Shown here piece after piece: positions 1 through 12,550 of a DNA stretch of 64,000 nucleotides. The stretch comes from Octopus vulgaris (taxonomy: Eukaryota): contig OX597818.1 in assembly GCA_951406725.2 (NCBI GenBank), positions 99,758,001-99,822,000 on the forward strand, in the 5' to 3' direction. Positions within the stretch are counted from its first letter, which is position 1. Every line of letters begins with the position of its first letter. The notes below the pieces were generated by a model. It made no database searches. It was given only the letters and a program-made list of their open reading frames with translations, and was not told the DNA's origin. The position numbers and the translations under genes were made by a program.

Positions 1-461
1 ATGATGCACATACTTATTGATTGAACCAGTTACAGGCCGTGTTTCTCCTCTCGATTAAAAATAACGTGGTGTTAGACAACGATACCAAATAGCAGATTAT
101 TGCCAAACATGAAACAGAAAATGCACTTTGACTTCGACAACAGACCATAAAACTCATTTACATTATTCAGACTACTAACAGAACCATTAAGTCCTTCGAC
201 TCTATCCTTGCCATCCGTAAGAAAAAATGCTAAACGCTTCAGTTAGAAGCAATACACAACACGGACTAGAGCACTGCCTTCCAAATTATCGAATCTATGT
301 AAGAGCAGTACTAAAATCTGTATGTTCTAAATGTACCTCAAAGACTTTCCTTTATCCGTTTAAGAATTGTATTTAGCTGCTGTTTCTCAAATCCACACAC
401 CTAGATGACATAACAATCATTTTGCACTAATCCACAAAAGTAGATACAACCTTGCATTAAC

Positions 462-877
462 TTATTTCTTTACTACCCACAAGGGGCTAAACACAGAGAG
501 GACAAACAAGGACAGACAAACGGATTAAGTCGATTATATCGACCCCAGTGCATGACTGCTACTTATTTAATCGACCCCGAAAGGATGAAAGGCAAAGTCG
601 ACCTCGGCGAAATTTGAACTCAGAACGTACGGCAGAGGAAATACCTATTTCTTTACTATCCACAAGGGGCTAAACACAGAGAGGACAAACAAGGACTAAC
701 AAACGGATTAAGTCGATTATATCAACCCCAGTGCGTAACTGGTACTTATTTAATCGACCCCGAAATGATGAAAGGCAAAGTCGACCACGGTGGAATTTGA
801 ACTCAGAACGTAGCGGCAGACGAAATACTGCTAAGCATTTCGCCCGGTGTGCTAACGTTTCTGCCAGCTCGCTGCCT
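462..877 (-). mobile_element. tRNA-derived SINE, family A; head-bearing copy (646-877) joined to a 5'-truncated second copy (462-645)
   Basis: The minus strand starts AAGGCAGCGAGCTGGCAGAAACGTTAGC, has the B-box-like GAGTTCAAATTCC and the core GTCGACTTTGCCTTTCATC..GGGGTCGATTAAATAAGTACCAG. The ~185 bp body is present twice, and the family recurs at 7636, 17240, 19148, 20733, 29698 and 41680. Confidence 0.9.
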
Positions 878-1657
878 TGCACTAACCATCTCTGAAACAG
901 CAAACTTAAAGCAGCTCCTAGGAAGTAGACCATCACACCTCATACCAGTAACGCCAGAGAACCTGATTTGAAGTAAACCATCATACTGAGTATTATAAAT
1001 AGAATACACACACTGAAGACAGACATGTTTTACATATATACTTCTTTCAGTTTCGATTGCTTTTGTAGAGAAAAAAGCAGACCAATGCACAAATACTTAG
1101 ATTTCACAGAAGCACAGCATGCAGTTAGCACAAACAAATGAAAAAATCATTAAGTAAAAAGAAAAACAGTCGATAAATATGTTTTTCGATTCATCATGTT
1201 TCGTAGCAGTCCTGGCTGAGCCTCTAGGCTTTCACATTTAATCATAACAAGCTAAGAAAGAACAACAATTATATCGTACTTTGTTCCATCATGGGCTATA
1301 CGCAGATTACACGCATACATCACCAGCATAAAGGAAAATAAAAATAAAACAACAAAACCAAGCATAAAACCAAAGCTGTATCAACGTACGTATGACATTT
1401 TTTTCTCACAATTACTTCTGCTACATTTTCAATCACCCAAAGCAAAAATGATTTTTCGAAAAGAATAAACGATTTCTATTAATCCTACCATTCATTCAGT
1501 CCAGACAAACTGAAAATACTTAGTACACATGAAATTAACAGCATTAATAGCATCCATATACCATATTGAAATACCAAGCAGCAAAGATGAATGCAAAGGA
1601 GCAGCAGCTACTGACTTTGGCTGGGATTCAGCTGCCATCTGTCGTGGCCGCCATAAT

Positions 1658-1667
1658 ACACAGACAC

Positions 1668-1724
<57 letters not shown>
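1658..1724. repeat. (CA)n microsatellite
   Basis: Read directly; it forms the left boundary of the foldback element. Confidence 0.95.
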
Positions 1725-1727
<3 letters not shown>

Positions 1728-1753
1728 TATTTGATAAACAGAAACTATGTTTT

Positions 1754-1850
1754 TATGTGGTATCATTAGTTTCATGCGATGGGAGTATGCCAGACAGTAC
1801 TTTTTAACATTTATGGTGCCTCAGCTCAATCTCCGGACATTGCCCACATA
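1754..1850 (-). ncRNA. Degenerate type I hammerhead-like motif (left arm of the foldback)
   Basis: Minus strand: TATGTGGGCAATGT-CCGGAGA-TTG..long stem II..GCAT-GAAAC-TA-ATGATACCACATA. The flanks pair as stem I; the core deviates from CTGANGA at two positions. Confidence 0.4.
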
Positions 1851-1890
1851 GCTTAACAAGAAGCAAATAGCTATTTTTAGCTTGTTATAC

Positions 1891-1986
1891 TATGTAAGTA
1901 GCATCTGAAGATTGCATTGATAGACCAAACGTGTTTAAAAGTGCTGTTGGAATGTTCTCATCGCATGAAACCAATAATAGCACATA
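1891..1986 (+). ncRNA. Type I hammerhead-like motif with long stem II (right arm of the foldback)
   Basis: TATGTAAGTAGCAT-CTGAAGA(1905-1911)-TTGC...GCAT-GAAA(1967-1970)-CCA-ATAATAGCACATA. It has the same TTGC..GCAT stem II opening as the motifs at 35735 and 50151. Stem III and the cleavage triplet are non-canonical. Confidence 0.5.
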
Positions 1987-2072
1987 AAAAAAATATTTCA
2001 TGTTTATTAAATAAAATTTGCCTCTCACCAGACGGAGGAAATTTTTTGTTGACCTTACCATTAGGGAATAGT

Positions 2073-2151
<79 letters not shown>

Positions 2152-2209
2152 TGTTTATAAATAAATAAATAAAAGAGAAAAGAACAATGTCACGAATAGT
2201 ATTCTGCTG

Positions 2210-2441
2210 CAGTGGTTCTCAACCGGGGTTCATTTAGGTCTTGGGGGTTCTTATATAAGATTTTGTTGTTAAAACTTATGTGCAATGTATGGGTTATACT
2301 TCTACAGTACAAAAAATACTTGAATCTTGTTAATACGATTCCAAATAATATTTATTTTTTAAAACATCGAATGGTTATGTAGGTTTATTAGAGTAAAAAT
2401 AAATCGAAGGAGTCCCGAGCAAAAAGGGTTGAGAAACGCTG
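2210..2441. mobile_element. Non-autonomous hAT (Charlie-like) DNA transposon / MITE
   Basis: Terminal inverted repeats CAGTGGTTCTCAACC (2210-2224) and GGTTGAGAAACGCTG (2427-2441) are typical hAT-Charlie termini. The 8 bp flanks match only 4/8, consistent with an old insertion. Confidence 0.75.
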
Positions 2442-4311
2442 CTGTACCGTATACAATTATACATTTATGGTAGTGCGTTTCTTAAGTAGAAAGAAACTAA
2501 AATATAATACTTATATATTAGTGTATTGCATTTAATGAGGCGGCCAGCCATCAATATGTAGTACAATGTAGGCTTGGAAGTACACAACAACAACAGAGTG
2601 TCCATGAGATATTTTATTTGGATTATCCATCTTTTCTTGTTTTCGATGTTATTAACTTTTTCCTCTTTGAAACTTTCCTTCTTACGCTATGCCTTGTAAC
2701 CCTAGTACTATCCAGTCTCAGTTAAATGTGCGCAAACGGTCAGCAATTAAGAGGGATGACATTTTCATACATCTAAGAGAGGAATGTCTATAACAGACTG
2801 CAGAATCAAGTGCTTGCCGTCAATATTAAACTAAAGATTCATAGACTTTTGGAAATCTGCAATAACTATCACGCTAGATAAAGAACCAGTCTTCGAGATA
2901 ACATTTGCAGAAACTCTAGCATCTCTCACCACTCCCACCGGTGCAAACACCAACACCACCACTACAACCGCCTCCACCGCCGCCACCAAAACCGAGTACT
3001 TCGGTGCAAGATCGAACTAGAAACCCCATGGTTGTGAAGTGAGCTTCTTAACTACAGAACCACGAATAGCTGCCTTATACCTTAGCAATTACGTATTTCG
3101 TAAACACTTTACAGATATTTAAATTCGTTAAGTTTACAGTGCTGCAAATTAGATCCAGAAAATTATATTTGCTTTTCAGAAGTAGAAAGCTGTTTTCGTT
3201 GAGAGTTCTCTTCAAATAATTTTAACTGTGATATTATATGACACGTACGTTATTGACTCGACGATATTTACCTTCAACAATTATCCATTCTAGAAGCCAT
3301 TCGAAACAGAGTCGATTAACATCCATGATATAAAATAAAATCAAGTTAGGAAGCCATCTATAGATGTAGTTCTAAAAGCATACATATTCACATTTCGACA
3401 GGAGAGATGGAATATACCATGCTCTCTCTGAGAAGTAAATTTACGACGAATGAGTTTTATTTCTCAATTGTAATTATTTCCGCTTATATACATCCCTAAA
3501 CGTGTGAAAATTCTGGCATCTCATTACACAAACTTTAGGGGTAGAGATATGTGGGTTTTATAAGTTGTTAAAAATGAATTTTCTAGATAATTCCTTGTAA
3601 GAAAAGGTAATAATAATGTTGTGAAGTCGGTTGCTTTCTAAGAGCAAGAGACGCACCTGACTCACAGTTATAATTCGAAACTTAAACCGAAGTCATGTAC
3701 GCCAAAAGGTACTCCTTCCATCAATTCTTTTTTCAACTGAAGTTATATTCTTCCTGAAGAATTAATTTTAACGAAATTTTGTTGAAAATAGAAAGAAAAA
3801 ACAAGAAAATCAAAAATGTTTAAATATACTTTTGAGCAATTGAAATAAATCTTAATTACATGTTGTTTGAGATATTTAGATATTTTTTTTTCAATTTGTC
3901 TCGAATTCAATTACCCAAGAACCAAACGGTAAACGCACAAAAAGACAAGAACAAATATATAACATAAAATATATATATTCTACATTCCCAGGTAGACATG
4001 CCTCTTACACATTTTCCCCAACAGTATTTACTTTATAGAGAATCTTTTTAAATACATGCCAATATTTTAAATCTATTTCTACCCAATAAAGTTGGCTATC
4101 AGTACCGACATATCAGTCCATTCCACTTAACTAACGCGGGTTACTTTTAATATGGAAATTCTAATATTATTAATAGTAATAATACCGCAAATAATAATTA
4201 TATAATAAAATAATAACAGTAAGAAGTTAATATAAAAACGAATACAAAACTATAATTTGCAACAAGCACAAACTGAAAACAACAACGAGAACAACAACAG
4301 CAGCAACAATT

Positions 4312-4345
<34 letters not shown>

Positions 4346-5042
4346 TAATAATAATAATAATAATAAAGAGATAATTGATAAAATCCAAATAAAAGTTATT
4401 CAGTAATTAGAATTAGATTGAATAACATGCACAATTTTATTTTTGTATTTAAAAAAATACTCGATATCGATTTTGGAAGTTCTATTGTTTTGGAGATTAA
4501 TGTAAAAAGAAAATGACGACAACGAAAATAAAAATGGAAAACAAAATGGCGAACTAAAATGCCGCAGCCCAACTGACACTATCCCCAGCACTCCTTTATT
4601 ATTACTACGACAACCCTTTATCAACTAGTAACTCAACTAATACTTTCAATATGAAGACTCAAGAAAGAACAGCAAGAAATGAAAGAATAACAAAGCTATT
4701 GACATCGATACTTAAAAAAAAAAGAAGACAGAAACGACGAAGGCATCAGTAACAGCTCTGACAAAGAGTTAAGGAACAAAAAATATCAGAAAGCAAGAAA
4801 TAAAACAGAACTAGTTAATCATATAACTGCAATCTGAAACCAGTAGATTCAAAAGTTATTTATAATTGAATTTGTTCGTTTAAGAACAGTTTTAATTTAT
4901 CGTAAAAAAAAAATTCTGTCAATATAAAAGAAGAATTTTTTTTTGTACTAAGTAGACATGTATTGGATGAACAAATATAAAAGTCAAATAAACTTGCAGC
5001 TGGTTCAACAATGTCATACGTATATTATGAACCATTGAATGA

Positions 5043-5043
5043 A

Positions 5044-5074
<31 letters not shown>

Positions 5075-5099
5075 GCCTGCCTGCCTGCCTGCCTGCCTG

Positions 5100-5170
<71 letters not shown>

Positions 5171-5193
5171 CTCTCTCTCTCTCTCTATCTATC

Positions 5194-5240
<47 letters not shown>

Positions 5241-5312
5241 ATCTACCTATCTCTCTCTCTATCCATTTATCTATCTGTCTCTCTGTCTGTTTTTCTGTGT
5301 GTCTGTCTGTCT
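5043..5312. repeat. Compound microsatellite (TGTC)n-(TGCC)n-(TATC)n-(TC)n
   Basis: Read directly. Confidence 0.95.
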
Positions 5313-5377
5313 AAATAGTTAAAAAAGAGGATTAGTTCTTTTGCTTAGACCTAAAGTGTATGCAATATATATATATA

Positions 5378-5630
5378 ACTGACTGGCACTCCGTCGGTTA
5401 CAACGATGAGGGGTTTAGTTGATGATCCGATCAATTGAACAATCTGCTCGTGAAAATAACGTGCAGGCGAATGAGCGTATCCTTTGAATTACAGGAAATA
5501 CACTTTTTGCTCAGTGAACTGGAGCAACGTGAAATAAAGTGTCTTGCTCAAGGACACAACACACCGGCGGAAGTCGAACTCACGACTTTACGATTGTTAG
5601 TCGAATACCGAAACCAGTAAGCCACGTGCT
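5378..5630 (-). mobile_element. tRNA-derived SINE, family C (internally deleted)
   Basis: Minus-strand head GCACGTGGCTTACTGGTT...GTGAGTTCGACTTCC, then TTGTGTCCTTGAGCAAGACACTTTATTTCACGTTGCTCCAG, shared with 42140-42475. The 3' part is shared with 8545-8722. Confidence 0.8.
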
Positions 5631-6226
5631 TCTTGTAAAAGAGCGGCTCTAAACCAAAATCGGATTCAGTAGTGGGTTTGATATCCCATTCCGATATTCT
5701 TTGAAGTCCGTCCCATGGGGAGTGCAAACTCGGAATAGAATACTGAGTTGAACTCAAGGCTAATAATAGAAATAATAATAATAAACGGAAAACAGGTGTG
5801 GTATTCAAAGCATGATAGGACGTGTAAAAATGCTGAAATAGTTTAAAAGCAGTTATAGATGCATGCGTGTTAGCATGTGTGTGTATGTGCATGTAAGTGT
5901 ATGTAGATATGAGTATATATGAATTTATGCATGTATGTATGTGAGTGTGGGTATTTCAAACTCATGTTAAAACACGACATTGTTGGAATTTGATATTTTA
6001 AAATTTAATCTTGATCATATTTCTTGGTTATTATTTTAAGATTGGTTTAGAACCATACCTTTTGGAAATGCATGCGTTTTTATTTTCAAGATCTCCTAGA
6101 GAGTAAGATTTGAAAGACTGGAAATGCTATACTACTTTTACAGCAAATAAAGGTCGAAATATCACACAGAAAACGAACCAGAGATATTTTCTGATATTTT
6201 AACCTTGAAATTAGAAGCTTAAAGGT

Positions 6227-6262
<36 letters not shown>

Positions 6263-6360
6263 CACTACTACACCACCACCACCACCACCACCACCACCAC
6301 CACCACCACCACCACCACCACCACCACCACCACCACCACCACCACCACCACCACCACCAC
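6227..6360. repeat. (CTA)n-(CCA)n compound trinucleotide tract
   Basis: Read directly; it is the source of the spurious poly-W/poly-S ORF. Confidence 0.95.
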
Positions 6361-6516
6361 AAACAGTTTACTGCTTTCACAAAGGTCGATAAGTGGCTAC
6401 GGTTAACGTAGTTGAGCAAGAGGCCGCAATAAAGGAATGAACCCAGGAACACGTGGTTGCGAACTTTGTTATGGAACACCTATACCTGCATACGAGCACA
6501 AACATGACTGTGCAGA

Positions 6517-6970
<454 letters not shown>

Positions 6971-7522
6971 TCTTATACAAATCTGTTTATGATGTGCTTG
7001 GATGTGGATCCGCGCACCAAGATTATTTTTCCTCTCTGATTGAAAGCATCAATGGCTTGAAACATTGCAGAAAATCTTCAGAAAGAGTGTGTTTTTTTCA
7101 AAATTCTTTGAAAACACGCTTGCAGTTATTTCTTTCGGAACACTTTAATAAATTTCGCTCGACCTGCTAAGGTTGTAGCTGAATTGCTACCACTTCAAAC
7201 ACTTACTATAGGGAGCACTTTTATATTTGCGTAAGAAAAAACACAAAATATCAACAATTCAATAACACGAAACAGAAACAAAATCAAAAATCAAAAAAGT
7301 AGAAGCAAAAGCATACCATAAAATTTAACATATTTCTTTTCCCTCCTCTTTTCCCTCTCTCTATTTGTGATTCTGTACATACGTACGTACATGAGCAAAT
7401 ACATAATTATGTATGTATTTGTGTATGCATGCACACACACACACACTCATGTATATACGCACACATACATAGATATATATGTGTGTATTTATGAGTAGAC
7501 GCTCACACACAAGTATATATAT

Positions 7523-7560
<38 letters not shown>

Positions 7561-7635
7561 TGGCGAGAGGGATGGTAAGATCGATAGTCAGTGAGATGAC
7601 GTCAAGACTTCAAGAAAAAACAATGCCTTCAGATA

Positions 7636-8057
7636 CTGGTTTCAAATTTTGGCACAAGGCCAGCAATTTCGGGAGAACTGTTAAGCCAATATCATCCCTC
7701 CCAGTGTTCAACTGGTATTTATATTATCGACCTCGAAAAGATGAAAGACAAAGTTGACCTTGGCAGAGTTTGAACTCAGAATTCAAAGACGAACGAATGC
7801 AGCTTGGTATTTTGGTCAGCATATTAACGGTTCCACCAGCTCACCGACTTCTTTTGTACTCTAGGCCCGAAATTTTTGGGGAGTGGGGCTGTCGATTAGA
7901 GCAACCCCAGTACGCAACTGATACTTAACTCATCGACCGAAATGATGAAAGGTAAAGTCGAACGTGGCGGAATTTAAACTCAGAACGTAAAGACAGACGA
8001 AAAACCACAAAGAGTTTCGCTCGGTGTGCTAACGATCCTACCTGCTCACCGTCTTCT
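7636..8057 (-). mobile_element. Two tandem family A SINE copies (short-tail variant)
   Basis: Two successive ~210 bp units with GATGAAAG(A/G)CAAAGT(T/C)GACC..TTTGAACTCAGAA on the plus strand, matching 462-877. Confidence 0.8.
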
Positions 8058-8507
8058 ACTACCTTGAGATATCGCTTCTAGTTATTTATACGCTTAAAGT
8101 TCATACCCCGCCGAGATTAACTTTGCTTTCCTTTTATCCAGGGTAAATGAAATAAAGTATCAGTTATGTATTTCAGTCAATCTAATCAACAACCACAAAA
8201 AAAAGGAAAAGAAAGAGGAAAAATGCTGCCCTTCAACTACAATAAGTAAATCATATAAATATATACTCAACTACACTTAAATTTCTCACAATTACTCATC
8301 TCTTTCCCTCTCATTCTCTATCTTTCCCCCTCTCTCTCTCTTCTTACTCTCGTTACTTTACATCTGACGTAACCTGATGTCATTAAATATGCGATCCCAA
8401 ATAGGAAAGTCAGTTGCGTAAGAGTTGATGTAGGCCGATATACATATATCGTATATATATATATATATATATAGCGTTTATGTAACTGACACACATATAT
8501 ATGTATA

Positions 8508-8544
<37 letters not shown>

Positions 8545-8548
<4 letters not shown>

Positions 8549-8878
8549 GTGTGGAAGCACTCCGTCGGTTACGACGACGAGGGTTCCGGTTGATCCGATC
8601 AACGGAACAGTCTGCTCGTGAAATTAACGTGTATGTGACTGAGCATTCCACAGACACGTGTACCCTTAACGTAGTTCTCGGGGATATTCAGCGTGACACA
8701 GAGAGTGACAAGGCCGGCCCTTTGACTTAGCGGTTCGACAAAAGAGACCGATAGAATAAGTACTGGGCTTACAAAAGAATAAGTACCGGGGTCGATTTGC
8801 TCGACTAAAGGCGGTGCACCAGCATGGCCGCAGTCAAATGACTGAAACAAGTAAAAGAGTAAAAGAGTAAAGAGTATA
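8545..8878. mobile_element. Headless chimeric SINE: family C 3' part (minus, 8545-8722) fused to family B 3' part (plus, 8723-8878)
   Basis: The first half matches 5385-5470. The second half, ACTTAGCGGTTCG...AAATGACTGAAACAAGTAAAAGAG, matches 32516-32645. Confidence 0.8.
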
Positions 8879-8911
8879 TCAGCGCTTATGTAACTGACAC
8901 ACATATATATG

Positions 8912-8949
<38 letters not shown>

Positions 8950-9923
8950 CATCCACACATACATATACATACACAAACTCATACACACACATATATGCAC
9001 AAACATGCATATACATGTATATATATCGTATATTCGTTCGCTTTGTTCATTCTAATCATATACCAACGACCTTTTCAATTCTCGAATGTATCACATAAAA
9101 ATCACCGACCAGTCAAGTGTTATATCAATCTCATTCCAAATTCAACACTTCGAATTTAAACTTACCTCGATATTTTATTATAATTTTACTTTTAGCGAAT
9201 CCCTATAGCAAACCAATAAAACTGTTTCCCTTGAAGCGCGCTCACACAGCCACACATACGGACAGAAAGAAAAAAAAAAACGCTTTTTAAGTTGTCATTT
9301 TTATCACTTATCATTTCGCTTGTGACGTGAATTATCGAATTCTTGTATAAGCTTTCTGCCTTGAGAATTTTAAATCATATGACACACATGCGTTTCACAT
9401 GGGTAATAGCTACGCAGTTGAAGTGAGATGGCAAAAACGGGAGATTGATATAGCTTTCTAGAACTAGCTCCACACAGTGCTCACCTCACTGTCTTGAATT
9501 ATCGATAACTTTCTTCTTTTATCAGCCAGCTGATAACGTGACAAAATCGGTTTGTGTAAAATCCTCACAACATCAAACCAAATGAAATTTCTAACCTCCT
9601 TTCATCTACAAAGAAGGTAGAATATCTACGGCAAAAATACAAACGATCGATTTTGCCGTTTCTATAAGATGATAGATATATTACCTGACCGCCAACTGTA
9701 ACTTAATAAATTTTCAGATACCACTGTGTTATAATAGCTAACTTGAGCTGGTAAGGGAGATAACTAAAATTTACCTATCTCGCTTCTGTAAATCTAACGC
9801 AATTCGAAAAGTTATTGTTGAGTTGACAATGGCGTCACAAATAACGACTCGAAATTGTCTTAACACGATCTCTCTTACCTTTTCTTTACCTGCCTCACTT
9901 CTCTCTTTACATGCATAAATATA

Positions 9924-10285
<362 letters not shown>

Positions 10286-10948
10286 TGCAGTGTAGACAAC
10301 ACTGCAAGGACTATCGTGAATACCGGATTTAAACCGTTTGGATATAAAAATGTCGAAGGCTTTTGATATGTATGCATGCATGTATGTACATTTGTGTGTG
10401 TATGTGTGTGTGTGTGTGCTTTTGAGTACATGTATTCATATATATTTGTATATGTAATGCTGTCTTTGTTTTGATTTACTTCGGTACGTGAACCGCACCT
10501 GAAGACTCTACGTAATACGAATAGAAAAAGAAAATATAGCACAATATATAGGAATAAAAATCATTGTACTATGTAACATACTGCGTGCGTGTCTGTATGT
10601 GTTTACGAGTTTGTGTATGTGCATATGATTATGTTTTTTTTTTTGTAGCAGTGTCACGGTGATTATTTTGCGTAGTCCTCTTTGCTTGGGATCCTGACTT
10701 GGCTATCCGTACTGGTGTACGTTCACATGTCTGTGTAGGCACGTGTAAATAAATATATGCATCTGTGTGTGTGTGTCTGTTTGTACGTGTGTATGTGTGT
10801 CCGTCTTTTCTAAGATGTTAATATATGATTGTCTTTAAAAAGCAGTCTTTCTTGACCTCTATGCCACGCACCTTATACATATAGATCTGTATTATCTAAT
10901 TTATTTATATGATATAGAGAAATACATTATGTAATTTATCCTATTCAT

Positions 10949-11126
10949 AGAGTGTAGGAGGCTCTGAATAGAGGTAGAACCTTAGATGTCTTGCAGCTGC
11001 ACATTGCCAGGCGTGGATAAGTGAATAGGCATCAGTGCTCCTCATTTAACTCCTAATTTCTCACTTGATAGCTCCTAGCACCATACCCTAGCAATCCATT
11101 TCAGTTGGTGGGCTAAACCAAGTGAG
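10949..11126 (+). ncRNA. HDV-like (nested double-pseudoknot) ribozyme, partly decayed
   Basis: All segments occur in canonical order: P1 AGAGTGT(10949-55) with ATACCCT(11083-89); P2 CTCACTTGAT(11060-69) with ACCAAGTGAG(11117-26); P3 AGC/ACC around L3 TCCTAGC; AG at the P1.1 GG position; P4 TCCAT..GTGGG; J4/2 C(11113)TAA. Confidence 0.7.
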
Positions 11127-11250
11127 GGCATGGTGTCAAAACTGCATTTATAAACGAAGGACTCCGGATAAAGCTTCCTAAGGAATCACCGGCCAAGTCA
11201 AAATCCTATCGCTCGGGGCCAAGGCGTTTCAGATAGAGGCATACACCTAA
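10949..11250 (+). mobile_element. Orphan RTE-like non-LTR retrotransposon 5' leader
   Basis: A GC-richer island that begins exactly at the predicted ribozyme cleavage site. HDV-like ribozymes are known at RTE/R2/R4 5' ends. No ORF follows, and the clade assignment is inference. Confidence 0.45.
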
Positions 11251-12514
11251 GAGTGTATTTGTTGCATTACCAACGATTGTCAATACTGTCACTAATGTAA
11301 TATAATCACAAGAGATTTTACATATTTCTGAAGATTTGACAATGCTGTTGGTTTATACAATTTAAATTAGATTACTGATGCTCCTTCTTTGTTAATGAAA
11401 TGCATGAAAGATGATGTGGCTAAATATTTGATAAAAATCTCTCATATTTTGATTTCTGTATTTTCAATTTACGTTTTTGAATAACATGCACATTGTATTA
11501 TGTAATATGTAATTGTAACTATGTACGTGTGTACTGACTGTATTTTGTTTAGGTATGAGGTTATGTTGTTATATTCAAATTATAGAAAGTTGTCAAGGAA
11601 TTTTCTTTACAGAAGTAAGAGGCATGAGGCAGGTGATATCTAGATACAAGCTATGAAATGTATCGTGATGTGAAAGATTATACAGAAGTCATTATACAAA
11701 CTAGATATGTGGCCTGTATAATACAATCCAGTAGATTTGATTCATTTCTATAATCAAAGTTTTGATATAAATTTCTTTTCCTTACCTAGGTGAACTGAGT
11801 AAGAAGGAACAATGTATAGAGACGAATGACACCAGTGACTTCCAATGTATGTGAACTTATAACATACGAATTTATGATACATATTTTTTCAGATAATTTC
11901 GCTTTTACATGTTCAACATGGAGGTACTCATTTACATCTCAAGAATAAACTATTTAACTGTTTCTTTGTTAAAATTTTAGTTTCTATAAAATAGATATAA
12001 TATTAGTAATGTATTATTTTTGTATTCCATTACATGTTACAAAATAATATGTTACCACAATAACTGGCTGACAAAATATCAGGGTAGCCAAGTACAATGG
12101 ATAATTTTCTCAATTATATATATATATATATATATATATACGCGTGTGTGTGCGTATGCGCATGTGTGTATAATGTATGAATAATAGATTTTCTTTGTTA
12201 AAGAAAACATTGTGCTTTAACGTAGGATTATTGGAAAATAATACGATGCTTTCGAATTTGTGTATGTATGAATACATACACACACACACATATATATATA
12301 CATATATGTATATGAAAAGTTTATATCAATATGTGACAACTAAATTTGAGCAACACAAACAGAAATAAAATACCAAAATTAGCTCTGAATGTAAAGCACA
12401 AACGAAACAAAAAAAAACTATTCAGCCTTTTCCCTATACTGAAAATATATTTGATTACGCATACACATGTACACGTGCACACACATGCACACTCACACAC
12501 ACACATGCACACAA

Positions 12515-12550
<36 letters not shown>

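Larger units (their letters stand above)
1725..2075. mobile_element. Old foldback (inverted) PLE-terminus-like element between (CA)n and (TA)n
   Basis: 1725-1860 is a diverged reverse complement of 1881-2017, centred on the palindrome AAATAGCTATTT (1865-1876). Each arm carries a hammerhead-like core. The right end runs into (TA)n at 2076-2149. Confidence 0.65.

Noticed and set aside
3745-3790. CTGAAGA-ATTAA-TTT-TTAAC-GAAA hammerhead-like string
   Set aside because: The stems are AT-only and imperfect, stem III is not palindromic and there is no element context; plausible by chance.
10495-10545. CCTGAAGACTCTA..TAGA..GAAA
   Set aside because: No convincing stem I or stem III.
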